From: a virus
Lineage: Duplodnaviria; Caudoviricetes
Length of the DNA: 60,290 bases
Direction: 5' to 3' (one strand)
Virus record (IMG/VR): IMGVR_UViG_3300044833_000038
Coordinates: 1 to 60,290 of that record
Shown here: in pieces, positions 47,685 through 55,785 of the stretch
Position numbering within the stretch: the stretch's first letter is position 1
How the letters are laid out: every line of letters begins with the position of its first letter
Notes under the pieces: model-generated
Told to the model about the DNA's origin: nothing
What the model saw: the letters and a program-made list of their open reading frames with translations, nothing else
Databases searched by the model: none
Made by a program: the position numbers and the translations under genes

Positions 47685-47839
47685 TTCGTGAACGTCTCCA
47701 ATCCGCGCCTACACCCGCACGCCTTGAACTGCATCTGCGACGAACCCGACGAGCGCTGCGCCACGCAGCCCATAGACGTGTGAAGCCAGCGGGCGTGACC
47801 GCACGGGCAGAGACGGTTTAAGGGATACGGGGCGCTCAT
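47681..47839 (-). CDS. Small Cys/His protein (52 aa, not in the ORF track)
   Basis: MSAPYPLNRLCPCGHARWLH..C..CGC; ATGA coupling to the next gene. Confidence 0.55.
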   Translation of the reverse strand: MSAPYPLNRLCPCGHARWLHTSMGCVAQRSSGSSQMQFKACGCRRGLETFTK

Positions 47840-48680
47840 GACACCCACCGCCCCAGCAGGCCCATAAGCTTCGCGTAGACGCTCGCGCCAGTACCTCCGA
47901 GCCGCTCAGCTTCTTCCGCAGGAACTCGACCCCTGACGGCAGCACATACGTTGTCGCCGTGAGGATCTGCTCACCCGTATTCGGATGCGTATAAGTTTTT
48001 GGCACGACTTTGAAGTGATGCGCATACCGGGCGTAAGGCAGCCGGTTACCCTGAACCACCCCGGCGCGCCGCAACTCCTTGAGCATCACGTTGCGGCCCC
48101 AACCGAGCACGTTGGCCGTCGCCTGCCAGGAGTAGGCGCCATCCGCGTCCATCAGGTCGTCGTAAAACTCGGCTTTGGGCTCAAGCTCAGCGACCTTGGC
48201 TGTCAACGCCTCCACGCGCGCCACAGTCAGAGTGAGGGCGCGGTGAATGATCTCGTCGTCGGACAGCTCGCGCGGCGCGGCGACCTCAGCCTCGCGCGTC
48301 TTGACGGCGAAGTAGTGCTGGGCGGCGGACACCTCACGCTTGCGCGGGTCGCCGTTCATCGCGATCAGGTAGGCGGCGTAGCGGGTCACCTGATAGTCGG
48401 TAAGTGGTCGGCCGCCGAGGTTTTTATCGGAGCCGGTAACAACCCCTCCACCAGCCTTTTTCGGGGTGAGCCGGAAAAGGGTTCGGACGTTGAAGCCCTC
48501 GTTATGCGCCGTCGACTTGGCGCGCTCGATCGCACCCTCAAACTTCTGCCAGGACTCGTACCCCAGCTCGCCCATGAGCCAGCGAGCCGACCAGCGGTCC
48601 TCACCACCCTGCGGGCACGGCGTGCGACCGGCGTCGAACGGGCTGGTCGGGTCGGTGAAGAGATCTACTTCGCCGTTCAT
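47709..48680 (-). CDS. Phage antirepressor (DinD/BRO-like N-terminus + KilAC/ANT C-terminus)
   Basis: WSARWLM..LGY..W..F; RYAAYLIAMNGDPRK; LEPKAEFYD..GVEFLRK. Confidence 0.85.
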   Translation of the reverse strand: MNGEVDLFTDPTSPFDAGRTPCPQGGEDRWSARWLMGELGYESWQKFEGAIERAKSTAHNEGFNVRTLFRLTPKKAGGGVVTGSDKNLGGRPLTDYQVTRYAAYLIAMNGDPRKREVSAAQHYFAVKTREAEVAAPRELSDDEIIHRALTLTVARVEALTAKVAELEPKAEFYDDLMDADGAYSWQATANVLGWGRNVMLKELRRAGVVQGNRLPYARYAHHFKVVPKTYTHPNTGEQILTATTYVLPSGVEFLRKKLSGSEVLARASTRSLWACWGGGCHERPVSLKPSLPVRSRPLASHVYGLRGAALVGFVADAVQGVRV

Positions 48681-48898
48681 GCTGCCGTGTCCAGCAGTTC
48701 GGCCAGTTCGATGTCCAGCGCGGTGGCGATAGAGAGGAGGTCTTCGATGTCGAATGGGACTTGTCCAGAGAGCCGCCGGGATAGAAACTGTTGGGAGCGG
48801 TTGAGCTTGCTCGCCAGCGAGGTCTGAGTGTGGTTACGGCGGGCCATCTCTGCGCGGATGTTAGAAATTATCCGCTCAGCGGTTGAGTTGGACGGCAT
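48677..48898 (-). CDS. cro: Cro-like HTH regulator
   Basis: IRAEMARR..TQTSLASKLNRSQQFLSRRLSG; divergent from the repressor. Confidence 0.8.
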   Translation of the reverse strand: MPSNSTAERIISNIRAEMARRNHTQTSLASKLNRSQQFLSRRLSGQVPFDIEDLLSIATALDIELAELLDTAA

Positions 48899-48984
48899 GG
48901 TGTTTGTTCTACCGCTGAACGAATAGCGAAGCAAGCGACACGCGCACGACACGCCGGGACAGTTTTCTTCGCGTTCAGGATGAG

Positions 48985-49027
48985 TTATCCACAGTCGACT
49001 TGTGGATACTCGCTAGGCGGGTAAGAT
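48985..49027 (+). promoter_or_regulatory. Leaderless repressor promoter overlapped by an inverted repeat
   Basis: TAAGAT 7 nt before ATG 49035; TATCCACA-7-TGTGGATA over the -35 region. Confidence 0.55.
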
Positions 49028-49034
49028 ACGCGTC

Positions 49035-49400
49035 ATGACGACACTTACTGTTGTTGATGGCCAGCGGAATGAGACACGCCCCGAGGCCATCGCCCGCCGA
49101 CTGCGGGGAGAACTGGGTCAGCTCAACCTCTCGGTATCCGAGGTTGCGCGCCGCACAGGGATGAGTCAGCCCGCACTCTCGCGGCGCATGACCGGCCAGT
49201 TGCCATTCGATGTCGCCGAGCTCGATCTCATCTGCGACACGCTCGGCATCTCGTTCGACTACATCACGACTGGCATACGGGAGGTCCCGGCCCCACGCCC
49301 CCCGGGACAATGGGGGGAACGGGGCGGTGACCCAGAAGACGGTGCCCCCAGTAGGGCTCGAACCTACGACCTGCGGATTAGTAGTGCGGAAGCTGCGTGA
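49035..49400 (+). CDS. Immunity repressor (XRE HTH) with attP in its 3' end
   Basis: LSVSEVARRTGMSQPALSRRMTG; C-terminal AEAA. Confidence 0.85.
   Translation: MTTLTVVDGQRNETRPEAIARRLRGELGQLNLSVSEVARRTGMSQPALSRRMTGQLPFDVAELDLICDTLGISFDYITTGIREVPAPRPPGQWGERGGDPEDGAPSRARTYDLRISSAEAA
49341..49380 (-). other. attP: attP common core (3' half of a tRNA, probably tRNA-Lys)
   Basis: Minus strand TAATCCGCAGGTCGTAGGTTCGAGCCCTACTGGGGGCACC = anticodon 3' arm, T-arm GGTTCGA and acceptor strand. Confidence 0.85.
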
Positions 49401-49531
49401 CAAGTTTCGGACAATTGACGTTGAAGTCTAAGAAACGAAGTAAACCTCCGCTAGACCTAATCGCTTCATGCTCTGATCAGGCGTCAGGGCGAGTGGGCGC
49501 CAAAGTCGTTCTAGTAGAGGCGGTTTCGGTC

Positions 49532-50365
49532 ATGGCTGACCCTTTGCTTCAAGAGTGGATGCTGTGGCAGCTCGCAGCAAGGCTGTCACCACGAACCGTC
49601 ACCGAGCGCATCCGCGTCATTGCGCAGTTCGCTGCAGAATCAGCAACCGGCGCGGCCTTCGCCCAGCCAATCGATATTGTGAAATGGCTTGGAAAACACA
49701 GTGAATGGTCTGCGTCCACCGCGTCCACCTACTACTCGTATCTGCGGGCCTGGTATTCGTGGCTGTGCGTGATGGACTACCGCACCGACAACCCCATGGT
49801 GAAGATCGCCGCGCCGCGATACCCCGAACGCGTGCCCCGCCCGATCAGTGACGACGATCTGACCCGGCTCCTGCTGACGCCGATGCACCACCGCACGCGC
49901 GTGATGGTGCTACTGGCCGCGCTCGCCGGGCTACGCGTGTCGGAGATCTCGCGGGTCCGCGGCCAGGACGCCGACCTGAAGACGCCGCGACTGTACGTGC
50001 TCGGGAAGGGGAACAAGCAGGCGTGGCTGCCATTGCATCCGCTGCTCGTCGACGCCGCCCTGACGATGCCGCGGCGGGGCTGGTGGTTTCCCGCCAACGC
50101 GCGACGGCCTGGCGATCACGTCCACGGCAAGTCGGTGAGCGACATCATCGGGCAGGCGATGCGTCGGGCCGGCGCCCGCGGGACGCCTCACGGGCTTCGC
50201 CATTGGACGGGCTCGACGCTGCTCGACGACGGCGCGGATCTGCGCACGATCCAGGAGATCCTGCGGCACAAATCGGTCAGTACTACCCAGATCTATACGA
50301 AGGTGCCCGACGCGCGCCGCCATGCTGCGGTGAATCGGCTCGACCCATGGAGGGGCGTCGCATGA
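49532..50365 (+). CDS. int: Tyrosine integrase lacking an N-terminal arm-binding domain
   Basis: GLRVSEI, GKGNK, HGLRH, LRHKS..TQIYT; alternative start at 49397. Confidence 0.9.
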   Translation: MADPLLQEWMLWQLAARLSPRTVTERIRVIAQFAAESATGAAFAQPIDIVKWLGKHSEWSASTASTYYSYLRAWYSWLCVMDYRTDNPMVKIAAPRYPERVPRPISDDDLTRLLLTPMHHRTRVMVLLAALAGLRVSEISRVRGQDADLKTPRLYVLGKGNKQAWLPLHPLLVDAALTMPRRGWWFPANARRPGDHVHGKSVSDIIGQAMRRAGARGTPHGLRHWTGSTLLDDGADLRTIQEILRHKSVSTTQIYTKVPDARRHAAVNRLDPWRGVA

Positions 50366-50556
50366 TTTCGTCACATGACGCGACCTGGCCTGCGGGCTGT
50401 CCTAAGCTGCCGCCGCGCTGCGACTGCTCGCACCCTTCCGAGTGCCTATTCGGTGCGCCGGAGCGGGAGCGTCCGAGCTTCGCGATCGTGTGGATCGTGG
50501 GCGCGGTCCTACTTCTGGCCGTGGTGATTTGCCTGATTCACTGGTGGCCGTGGTGA
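50362..50556 (+). CDS. Small membrane protein
   Basis: ATGA coupling to int; C-terminal transmembrane helix. Confidence 0.55.
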   Translation: MISSHDATWPAGCPKLPPRCDCSHPSECLFGAPERERPSFAIVWIVGAVLLLAVVICLIHWWPW

Positions 50557-50578
50557 GCAGGGTCTAGCATGTTGCCGC

Positions 50579-50764
50579 ATGAAGATAATTGGGAGACTCA
50601 CCGCCCTACTACTGGCCGGTCTGTTCTTAGCCGCGCCCGCGCTGGCGTCAACACGACCGACCAGCGGCCAGATCTGCACCGTTCAGTGCGCGGGGCGCCA
50701 AAGCATCTCGTATGCGGACTGGGTGAACTGCATGCAGCAGTGCTACCAGAACGGTGGCCAGTGA
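50579..50764 (+). CDS. Small secreted 4-Cys peptide
   Basis: Signal peptide ending ALA; CxxxC..CxxxC; TAGCAT 8 nt upstream. Confidence 0.6.
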   Translation: MKIIGRLTALLLAGLFLAAPALASTRPTSGQICTVQCAGRQSISYADWVNCMQQCYQNGGQ

Positions 50765-50957
50765 GGCAGCTACCAAAATTTCAAAAATAAGACCAGCTAG
50801 CACCCGGATTCCGGGACTGCAAAGATGCTGGTCAGGGTCTACTACGTTGTGTAGACAGCCTGACAGAATGCCGGTTATCGGCGCAATAATGGCTGGCGCG
50901 GCGCTGACGGGCCAGTCGCAGCAAAGATAGCAGATCGGTGTTGGGCGGGGAAGTGCC

Positions 50958-50986
50958 TTGCACGAGCGACTCATAAGCGGTATCGT
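50958..50986 (+). promoter_or_regulatory. SigA-type leaderless promoter
   Basis: TTGCAC-17-TATCGT-7-ATG. Confidence 0.65.
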
Positions 50987-50993
50987 CTATTCC

Positions 50994-51161
50994 ATGACTC
51001 CCGCCGGCCGCCCTGAGATCGGCCAGCCTATCAACATTCGGCTGCCCGAGGAGCTGCTGGCGCGGGTGGATGCGCTCGCTACGGAGGAGTCGGTCAGCCG
51101 GGCTGAGGAGATTCGCCGCCTCCTCACTGCGATGCTTGACCAACTAGGAGTCGCACCGTGA
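50994..51161 (+). CDS. Ribbon-helix-helix (CopG-like) regulator
   Basis: GRPEIGQPINIRLPEELLARVD..VSRAEEIR. Confidence 0.8.
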   Translation: MTPAGRPEIGQPINIRLPEELLARVDALATEESVSRAEEIRRLLTAMLDQLGVAP

Positions 51162-51364
51162 ACTGTTTCCTCTGTGACCAGCCCCTAACGCAGGGCCGCG
51201 CGAAGTGGCTGTACTACGGCTCGGTGAAGCGGCTGGGTCATGACCGGTGTGATCGGGCGGCGTTGATGGGCCGGGCCCGCGCGCTGGGTGTGGTCGCGGA
51301 TCCGGGGGCGTATACGGACACGGAGTTGGCGGATGCGATCGCCCTGTCGGCGGCGAGAGGATAA
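51158..51364 (+). CDS. Small zinc-binding protein
   Basis: CFLC..HDRC; GTGA coupling. Confidence 0.55.
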   Translation: MNCFLCDQPLTQGRAKWLYYGSVKRLGHDRCDRAALMGRARALGVVADPGAYTDTELADAIALSAARG

Positions 51365-51371
51365 TCGGGAT

Positions 51372-51677
51372 ATGAGCTTCATCGCTGTTGGCGAGCCGAA
51401 AACCTTCGATGGCAGGCGTGGCACGTACGCACTGCAACACATGCGTGATGATGGGCCGCCGTTCAATATCTACTGTTTCGTCACATTGCCTGACGGTGGC
51501 GGGCAGCATTCTTTCACCGGGGCTGTGGGTTGGACCTCGGATGATGGCGCTCATTCGGGCATCTACTCGAAGGGTGAGCGCTACGAGATGGCCGAGCGTG
51601 ATTGTCGGCAACTTGCGAAGCAGTTCGACCTATATCAATTCGACCCGGCAAGGTTCGCCGAACAAGGATGGGCATGA
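51372..51677 (+). CDS. Hypothetical protein
   Basis: GATAAT just upstream, suggesting a leaderless start. Confidence 0.55.
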   Translation: MSFIAVGEPKTFDGRRGTYALQHMRDDGPPFNIYCFVTLPDGGGQHSFTGAVGWTSDDGAHSGIYSKGERYEMAERDCRQLAKQFDLYQFDPARFAEQGWA

Positions 51678-51937
51678 TCACCCTCTGGACTCGCCTGCGG
51701 CTTTGGCTGACGAGGCCCTTCCGCCGCAACCGCGGCCGCACGCCGATCTATCCGCAGTGGGAGGCGGCCGGGCCCGGCTCGTTCACGGTCCCAGACGGCC
51801 CACCACTCATCCCCGGTGTCGATGTCCACCTCGGCGAGCGTTGGGGCCAGGGCGATATCGACAAGGCTGCGGCTGAAGGCAGGCTGGTCGAGCATATGGC
51901 TGAGCACGGGTTCTACCCCGAAGGTGAGGAGCTGTGA
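51674..51937 (+). CDS. Hypothetical protein
   Basis: Coupled ORF. Confidence 0.5.
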   Translation: MITLWTRLRLWLTRPFRRNRGRTPIYPQWEAAGPGSFTVPDGPPLIPGVDVHLGERWGQGDIDKAAAEGRLVEHMAEHGFYPEGEEL

Positions 51938-52248
51938 GCGTCTTCGATCCGAGAGCGCATCGCCCACCGGTGCAGGACTTCGGTCCGCAATCCCAGGTCA
52001 ACTCGGGTATCACCGACCAGGACGTGGCTAGCTTCAAGCTGACGCAGCCGCCGGCACCTGAGGGATGGCGCCGCACCGGACCTACGCAAGCGACCGGCAC
52101 CGGAATCAGCTGGTACTACGCGATGGAACTCGCTGAGCTGGCCAAGGATCTACCCGGCTTCCGTGATGGCTGCGAGGTGCGCGCCGACTACCGCTGCGTC
52201 GATGGGGAATGGTTCCCGATATCCGAGTCAGTGAGGATTGTGCAATGA
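51934..52248 (+). CDS. Hypothetical protein
   Basis: Coupled ORF with GAGGAG SD. Confidence 0.55.
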   Translation: MSVFDPRAHRPPVQDFGPQSQVNSGITDQDVASFKLTQPPAPEGWRRTGPTQATGTGISWYYAMELAELAKDLPGFRDGCEVRADYRCVDGEWFPISESVRIVQ

Positions 52249-52532
52249 AGGAACTGACCGACGGCGGCATCAGCTACCCGCGCACCCGCCTCTACTCGCA
52301 GGACTACAAGCAGGTGCTGTTCGACACCGCCCACGACGGCGGCGATCCGGTCGAGTGGTTCAAGACGTCCGAGTATGACTGGCTGGGCATCGTCAAGGAC
52401 TTCTCGGACGCGGAAACGTGGAAGTCACGGTGGTCTGGGCGGATTGAGAAGCAGGACGACGGCAGCACCCGCACCTATCGCGATGACGAGTTCCTGAAAT
52501 ACATGCTGATACCGACGAATCCGTTCGGCTGA
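52245..52532 (+). CDS. Hypothetical protein
   Basis: Coupled ORF with high GC3. Confidence 0.55.
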   Translation: MKELTDGGISYPRTRLYSQDYKQVLFDTAHDGGDPVEWFKTSEYDWLGIVKDFSDAETWKSRWSGRIEKQDDGSTRTYRDDEFLKYMLIPTNPFG

Positions 52533-52840
52533 TGACCCGCGTCTTCTGCCAGTTCCTCGGCGTTCTGTTCGTGGTGGGTTTCATGTTGAAGTATTGGTGG
52601 GTCATCGCCCTGGTCGTGGCCGCTGTATACCTATACAGGCGCGCGCCGGGTTGGTGGGCGGCGCACGAGGCTGCCGGCGTGGCCGAGCGTGAGCGGTTGG
52701 CGGGGATCGCGGCGCGAGCGGATCAGCAGCACAACCTCGTCCTACAAGGCGACGATCGCGGTGTCTACGGGCTGTATCCGCCGAAGGAATGGACGTGGGC
52801 AGAAGACAAGCTCGCCGAGATGCGAGAGGTGAAGCGGTGA
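52532..52840 (+). CDS. Membrane protein
   Basis: Two N-terminal transmembrane helices; ARADQQH..GDDRGVYGLYPP. Confidence 0.65.
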   Translation: MTRVFCQFLGVLFVVGFMLKYWWVIALVVAAVYLYRRAPGWWAAHEAAGVAERERLAGIAARADQQHNLVLQGDDRGVYGLYPPKEWTWAEDKLAEMREVKR

Positions 52841-53859
52841 GCGAGGGCGAGCAGACTGTCCAGCGATACCCGAGATGGACGGGTCCAGAACTGGAACTAG
52901 CCGCCCGTGCGGATTTGACCGCATTACAGGTCGCTAATGCGACTGGCCGAACTGTCTACGCTGTGAGAACCGCACGCAGGCAACTCCGTATCGACCCCCG
53001 CAAGATCAACCTCGCGGGCACTCCACGCGACCGACAGCCGGCCGGCGTCGAGGCATCGGTCGAATCGTGGGGCGTCACAATTGACGAGGCGCAAGAAATG
53101 CTGCGCCAACAGATGTGCCCAATTTGCAGCTGCGGGCCTTGGAAGTCTCCGCTCAATCATGTGGCCCGAGCGCATGGAATTGACCGTCTAACGATGCGGG
53201 ACATTTGTGGGCTGAGCATGCGCGACAAAGTCACCGACGCAGAGGTGAGCGCAGCGTGGAGCGAGAACGGCAAGAAGAACACCGACGTGCTGGCCGCGAA
53301 TGCGGCCAAGCTTAAAGGGAAGACCCATAAGGTAAGGCGCACGCTGCGAGCGCAGGAAATGGCTGGGCACGGATTACGTGTCTACGAAGCCCGCGACCCG
53401 GAATCAGTGGCGGCCATGCGAGCCGGGTTCCGTGAACGCATGACTAGCCCGGAGGCCAGGGCTAAGTGGGAAGAATCAATGCGGCGCGCCAATGCCGACC
53501 GGGTGTACACGCCAGAGCAGCGGGCCGCAGCGTCTAGTCGCCTTCAATCGGCCGAAGCGCAGGCTAAGCGGGACGCATACAACGCCGCGCGGCGACAGGA
53601 CGAGTGCATGGTCGATGGATGCGATAACCCGCATTTGGCTCGGAGCTACTGCATTAAGCACTACCGGCGCTGGAAGCTTTACGGCGACCCGCTAGGACGT
53701 GGAAAGGTCGGTAAACCCACAGCTTTGAGTGTGGAGCAAGAACAGCAGGCGCTGAAAATGCTCGCCACGGGTAAGAGTCAACGAGAGGTTGGAGAATACT
53801 TCGGATGCAGCCAGACCGCCATTGGCCGGATGGTCAAACGTCACAAAAACCGCCCCTAA
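52837..53859 (+). CDS. Multi-module DNA-binding protein (HTH, C2H2 finger, C3H finger, HTH)
   Basis: CPIC..NHVARAHGI; CMVDGC..YCIKHY; GKSQREVGEYFGCSQTAIGR. Confidence 0.65.
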   Translation: MSEGEQTVQRYPRWTGPELELAARADLTALQVANATGRTVYAVRTARRQLRIDPRKINLAGTPRDRQPAGVEASVESWGVTIDEAQEMLRQQMCPICSCGPWKSPLNHVARAHGIDRLTMRDICGLSMRDKVTDAEVSAAWSENGKKNTDVLAANAAKLKGKTHKVRRTLRAQEMAGHGLRVYEARDPESVAAMRAGFRERMTSPEARAKWEESMRRANADRVYTPEQRAAASSRLQSAEAQAKRDAYNAARRQDECMVDGCDNPHLARSYCIKHYRRWKLYGDPLGRGKVGKPTALSVEQEQQALKMLATGKSQREVGEYFGCSQTAIGRMVKRHKNRP

Positions 53860-53879
53860 CCCGAAGGTCAGAGGCGGTT
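53848..53879. terminator. Hairpin at the convergence of the accessory and lysis transcripts
   Basis: AACCGCC..GGCGGTT imperfect stem with an A-tract on the left. Confidence 0.5.
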
Positions 53880-53982
53880 GTCTAGTGCGGGGTTGACGCG
53901 CCTGCCTAGTGCGGGCTAGACACCTACAGCAGCCCGCCTGTCAGCCCGCCGACGATCCTGCCGACGGTGCCAAGCACGCGCG

Positions 53983-54450
53983 CTATACGTCTTCCGGCCA
54001 CAGGTCGGTGTCGCCGATTTCAGTGGCCCGCGGAACATCCGGTATCCCCGTGATCCCGGCGTCCAGGAGGCGTTTCACCTCGGCGGCCCAACGGCGCAAC
54101 GCCCGGATCTCCTCATGCTGCAACTCGATGCGCACATTCTGGCGGCGGATGACGCGGCCCTGAGCGTCGATGCGTTCATTCTGCTTGTCCATGATCTCCC
54201 GGTTCCGGGTGTCGTCGGTGTGGGCTGCATTGAGTTCCCCCCGCAGGATCCGCACCGCCTCACGGGATGCGTTGACGGCGATCTCTTCCTCTTGGGCTTC
54301 CATCCGGTCGGAGGAACGTTTCAGCTGCAGAGCGGCGGCTTCGCGTTCCGCTGTGCTTTTGCGGGATCGCCACGTGACGACGGCGGTGAAGATGACGGCG
54401 ACGGCGGCCAGAATCAGTGAGGCGTCGGAGACGATCGGGTTAAGGTCCAA
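53983..54450 (-). CDS. Lysis-region membrane-anchored coiled-coil protein
   Basis: N-terminal transmembrane helix plus coiled coil. Confidence 0.65.
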   Translation of the reverse strand: MDLNPIVSDASLILAAVAVIFTAVVTWRSRKSTAEREAAALQLKRSSDRMEAQEEEIAVNASREAVRILRGELNAAHTDDTRNREIMDKQNERIDAQGRVIRRQNVRIELQHEEIRALRRWAAEVKRLLDAGITGIPDVPRATEIGDTDLWPEDV

Positions 54451-55042
54451 GATCGCCCCCCAGGATGAGCCGCCACTTGGCTTGCTTGGGAATGTTGCCG
54501 CGGCGCAGCGCACGTTTATAGATCAGGATCTCCGGCGCCCGCACCAGCGTGGCGGCGAGAACGAACCCCTCGGTCAGGTTCAACCCGTAGGACGTGTTAG
54601 GCATTTGGGTAGTCAGATACACCAGCACCACCCACATGCCCAGCGTGGGGATCAGCGCGATGTAGGAGCCCAGCTCAATCCACAGGGAGCGTTCGAGGTC
54701 GCGGATGTGCAGCCCGTAGAAGCAGATGCAGCCGCCGATCAGGTTGGCGAGTGTCAGGTAGAGGCGGGATCGGTAGTCGAGGTCGCCGGTCAAAGATGCG
54801 ACCGGCCCGGTCAGGGCGAGTTGCTGAAAGTTGGTTTGCCACAGCATCCCGACGGTGAACATTTTGAACGGCTGGGTGAGCCAGCGGTGCATCGTGTAGG
54901 TGGTGTGCGCCCACCGCCACGGATGCCGCAGGTCTACATTGTCGCGGCGCCCGAAGATCAGCAGTGCGGAGCCGACGCCGAACACGAAGCAGATGACGCC
55001 GATGAGCAGGACCAGGTCGGCCGCGAGGATGGGCACGCTCAC
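54440..55042 (-). CDS. Lysis-region multi-pass membrane protein
   Basis: 4-5 hydrophobic segments. Confidence 0.65.
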   Translation of the reverse strand: MSVPILAADLVLLIGVICFVFGVGSALLIFGRRDNVDLRHPWRWAHTTYTMHRWLTQPFKMFTVGMLWQTNFQQLALTGPVASLTGDLDYRSRLYLTLANLIGGCICFYGLHIRDLERSLWIELGSYIALIPTLGMWVVLVYLTTQMPNTSYGLNLTEGFVLAATLVRAPEILIYKRALRRGNIPKQAKWRLILGGDLGP

Positions 55043-55308
55043 AACCCCAATCCCTTGAGGAGGCCGCCGACGACCGGGATACCGCCGAACAGACTCCCGC
55101 CACCACCTCCTGCGGGGCCCCCCCCGTGGCCCAGTGAGAATGGGCCGATGCACAGCGTCGGGTGCAGGTCGGCGTAGTCGGCGTCACGGCACAGCACTGT
55201 GGTGGACTGGTCGTTACCGGGACCGGCGTGCGCTGCGGACGCGGCGCCGATGGCCGCGCCCGTCACAGCCAGGGCGGCGGCGAGTGCTCGCAGGCGAAGG
55301 CTCGCCAC
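55039..55308 (-). CDS. Small secreted protein
   Basis: Signal peptide ending AHA; two Cys; Gly-rich tail. Confidence 0.55.
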   Translation of the reverse strand: MASLRLRALAAALAVTGAAIGAASAAHAGPGNDQSTTVLCRDADYADLHPTLCIGPFSLGHGGGPAGGGGGSLFGGIPVVGGLLKGLGL

Positions 55309-55309
55309 A

Positions 55310-55549
55310 TCAGGACGTCGGCGGGGTTGTCGGGGCCTTCACGAGCGACGCGGTGCCCGAGTTGCCTATCGGCAGCGACACCACCGACGTCAGCAGCGAG
55401 AGGACAGTCGCCGTCGCGCTAATCTCCAAAGCTGACACCCAGTCGATGCTGGTGATGGTCGCGCCGACGGTGAGTAGCGCGAGCAGCGATTGCGCGAACG
55501 TCTTGACGGCGCGCTCAGCAGCGTCCTTCCAGAATGCGAGCGTGAACAT
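55310..55549 (-). CDS. Holin (r1t family)
   Basis: MFTLAFWKDAAERAVKTFAQ..LSLLTSVVS. Confidence 0.9.
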   Translation of the reverse strand: MFTLAFWKDAAERAVKTFAQSLLALLTVGATITSIDWVSALEISATATVLSLLTSVVSLPIGNSGTASLVKAPTTPPTS

Positions 55550-55619
55550 GGTTTGTTCCCTTCGGTTGGCGATACGGAGGACTAGAATCGGACGGGTGAG
55601 ACGCCAGTCATCGCTGAAC

Positions 55620-55781
55620 ATGAAGCCGCCCAAGATGGCGCACGGTGACGCTGAGCGCGTCTACGACTCCTGCGTGCTCCTTGGGATGAACCCAGTGCCG
55701 TGGCAGTTCGACTTCCTGAATCGGCTAGAGCAGGCGTCGATGGATGAGCAGTTCGTGGAGATCGCGAAGGCTGAACGCTAG
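55620..55781 (+). CDS. Small counter-oriented protein inside the lysis cassette
   Basis: 53-aa ORF filling the gap between lysin B and holin. Confidence 0.45.
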   Translation: MKPPKMAHGDAERVYDSCVLLGMNPVPWQFDFLNRLEQASMDEQFVEIAKAER

Positions 55782-55785
55782 TCGG

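Noticed and set aside
36137-48898. Widespread C-terminal AA ends as a global degradation-tag system
   Set aside because: Mostly explained by SD-GCGGC-ATGA overlap geometry; only the repressor case has independent support.
49341-49390. Complete tRNA gene
   Set aside because: Only the 3' half is present; there is no matching D-arm or 5' acceptor strand, so it is an attP core.
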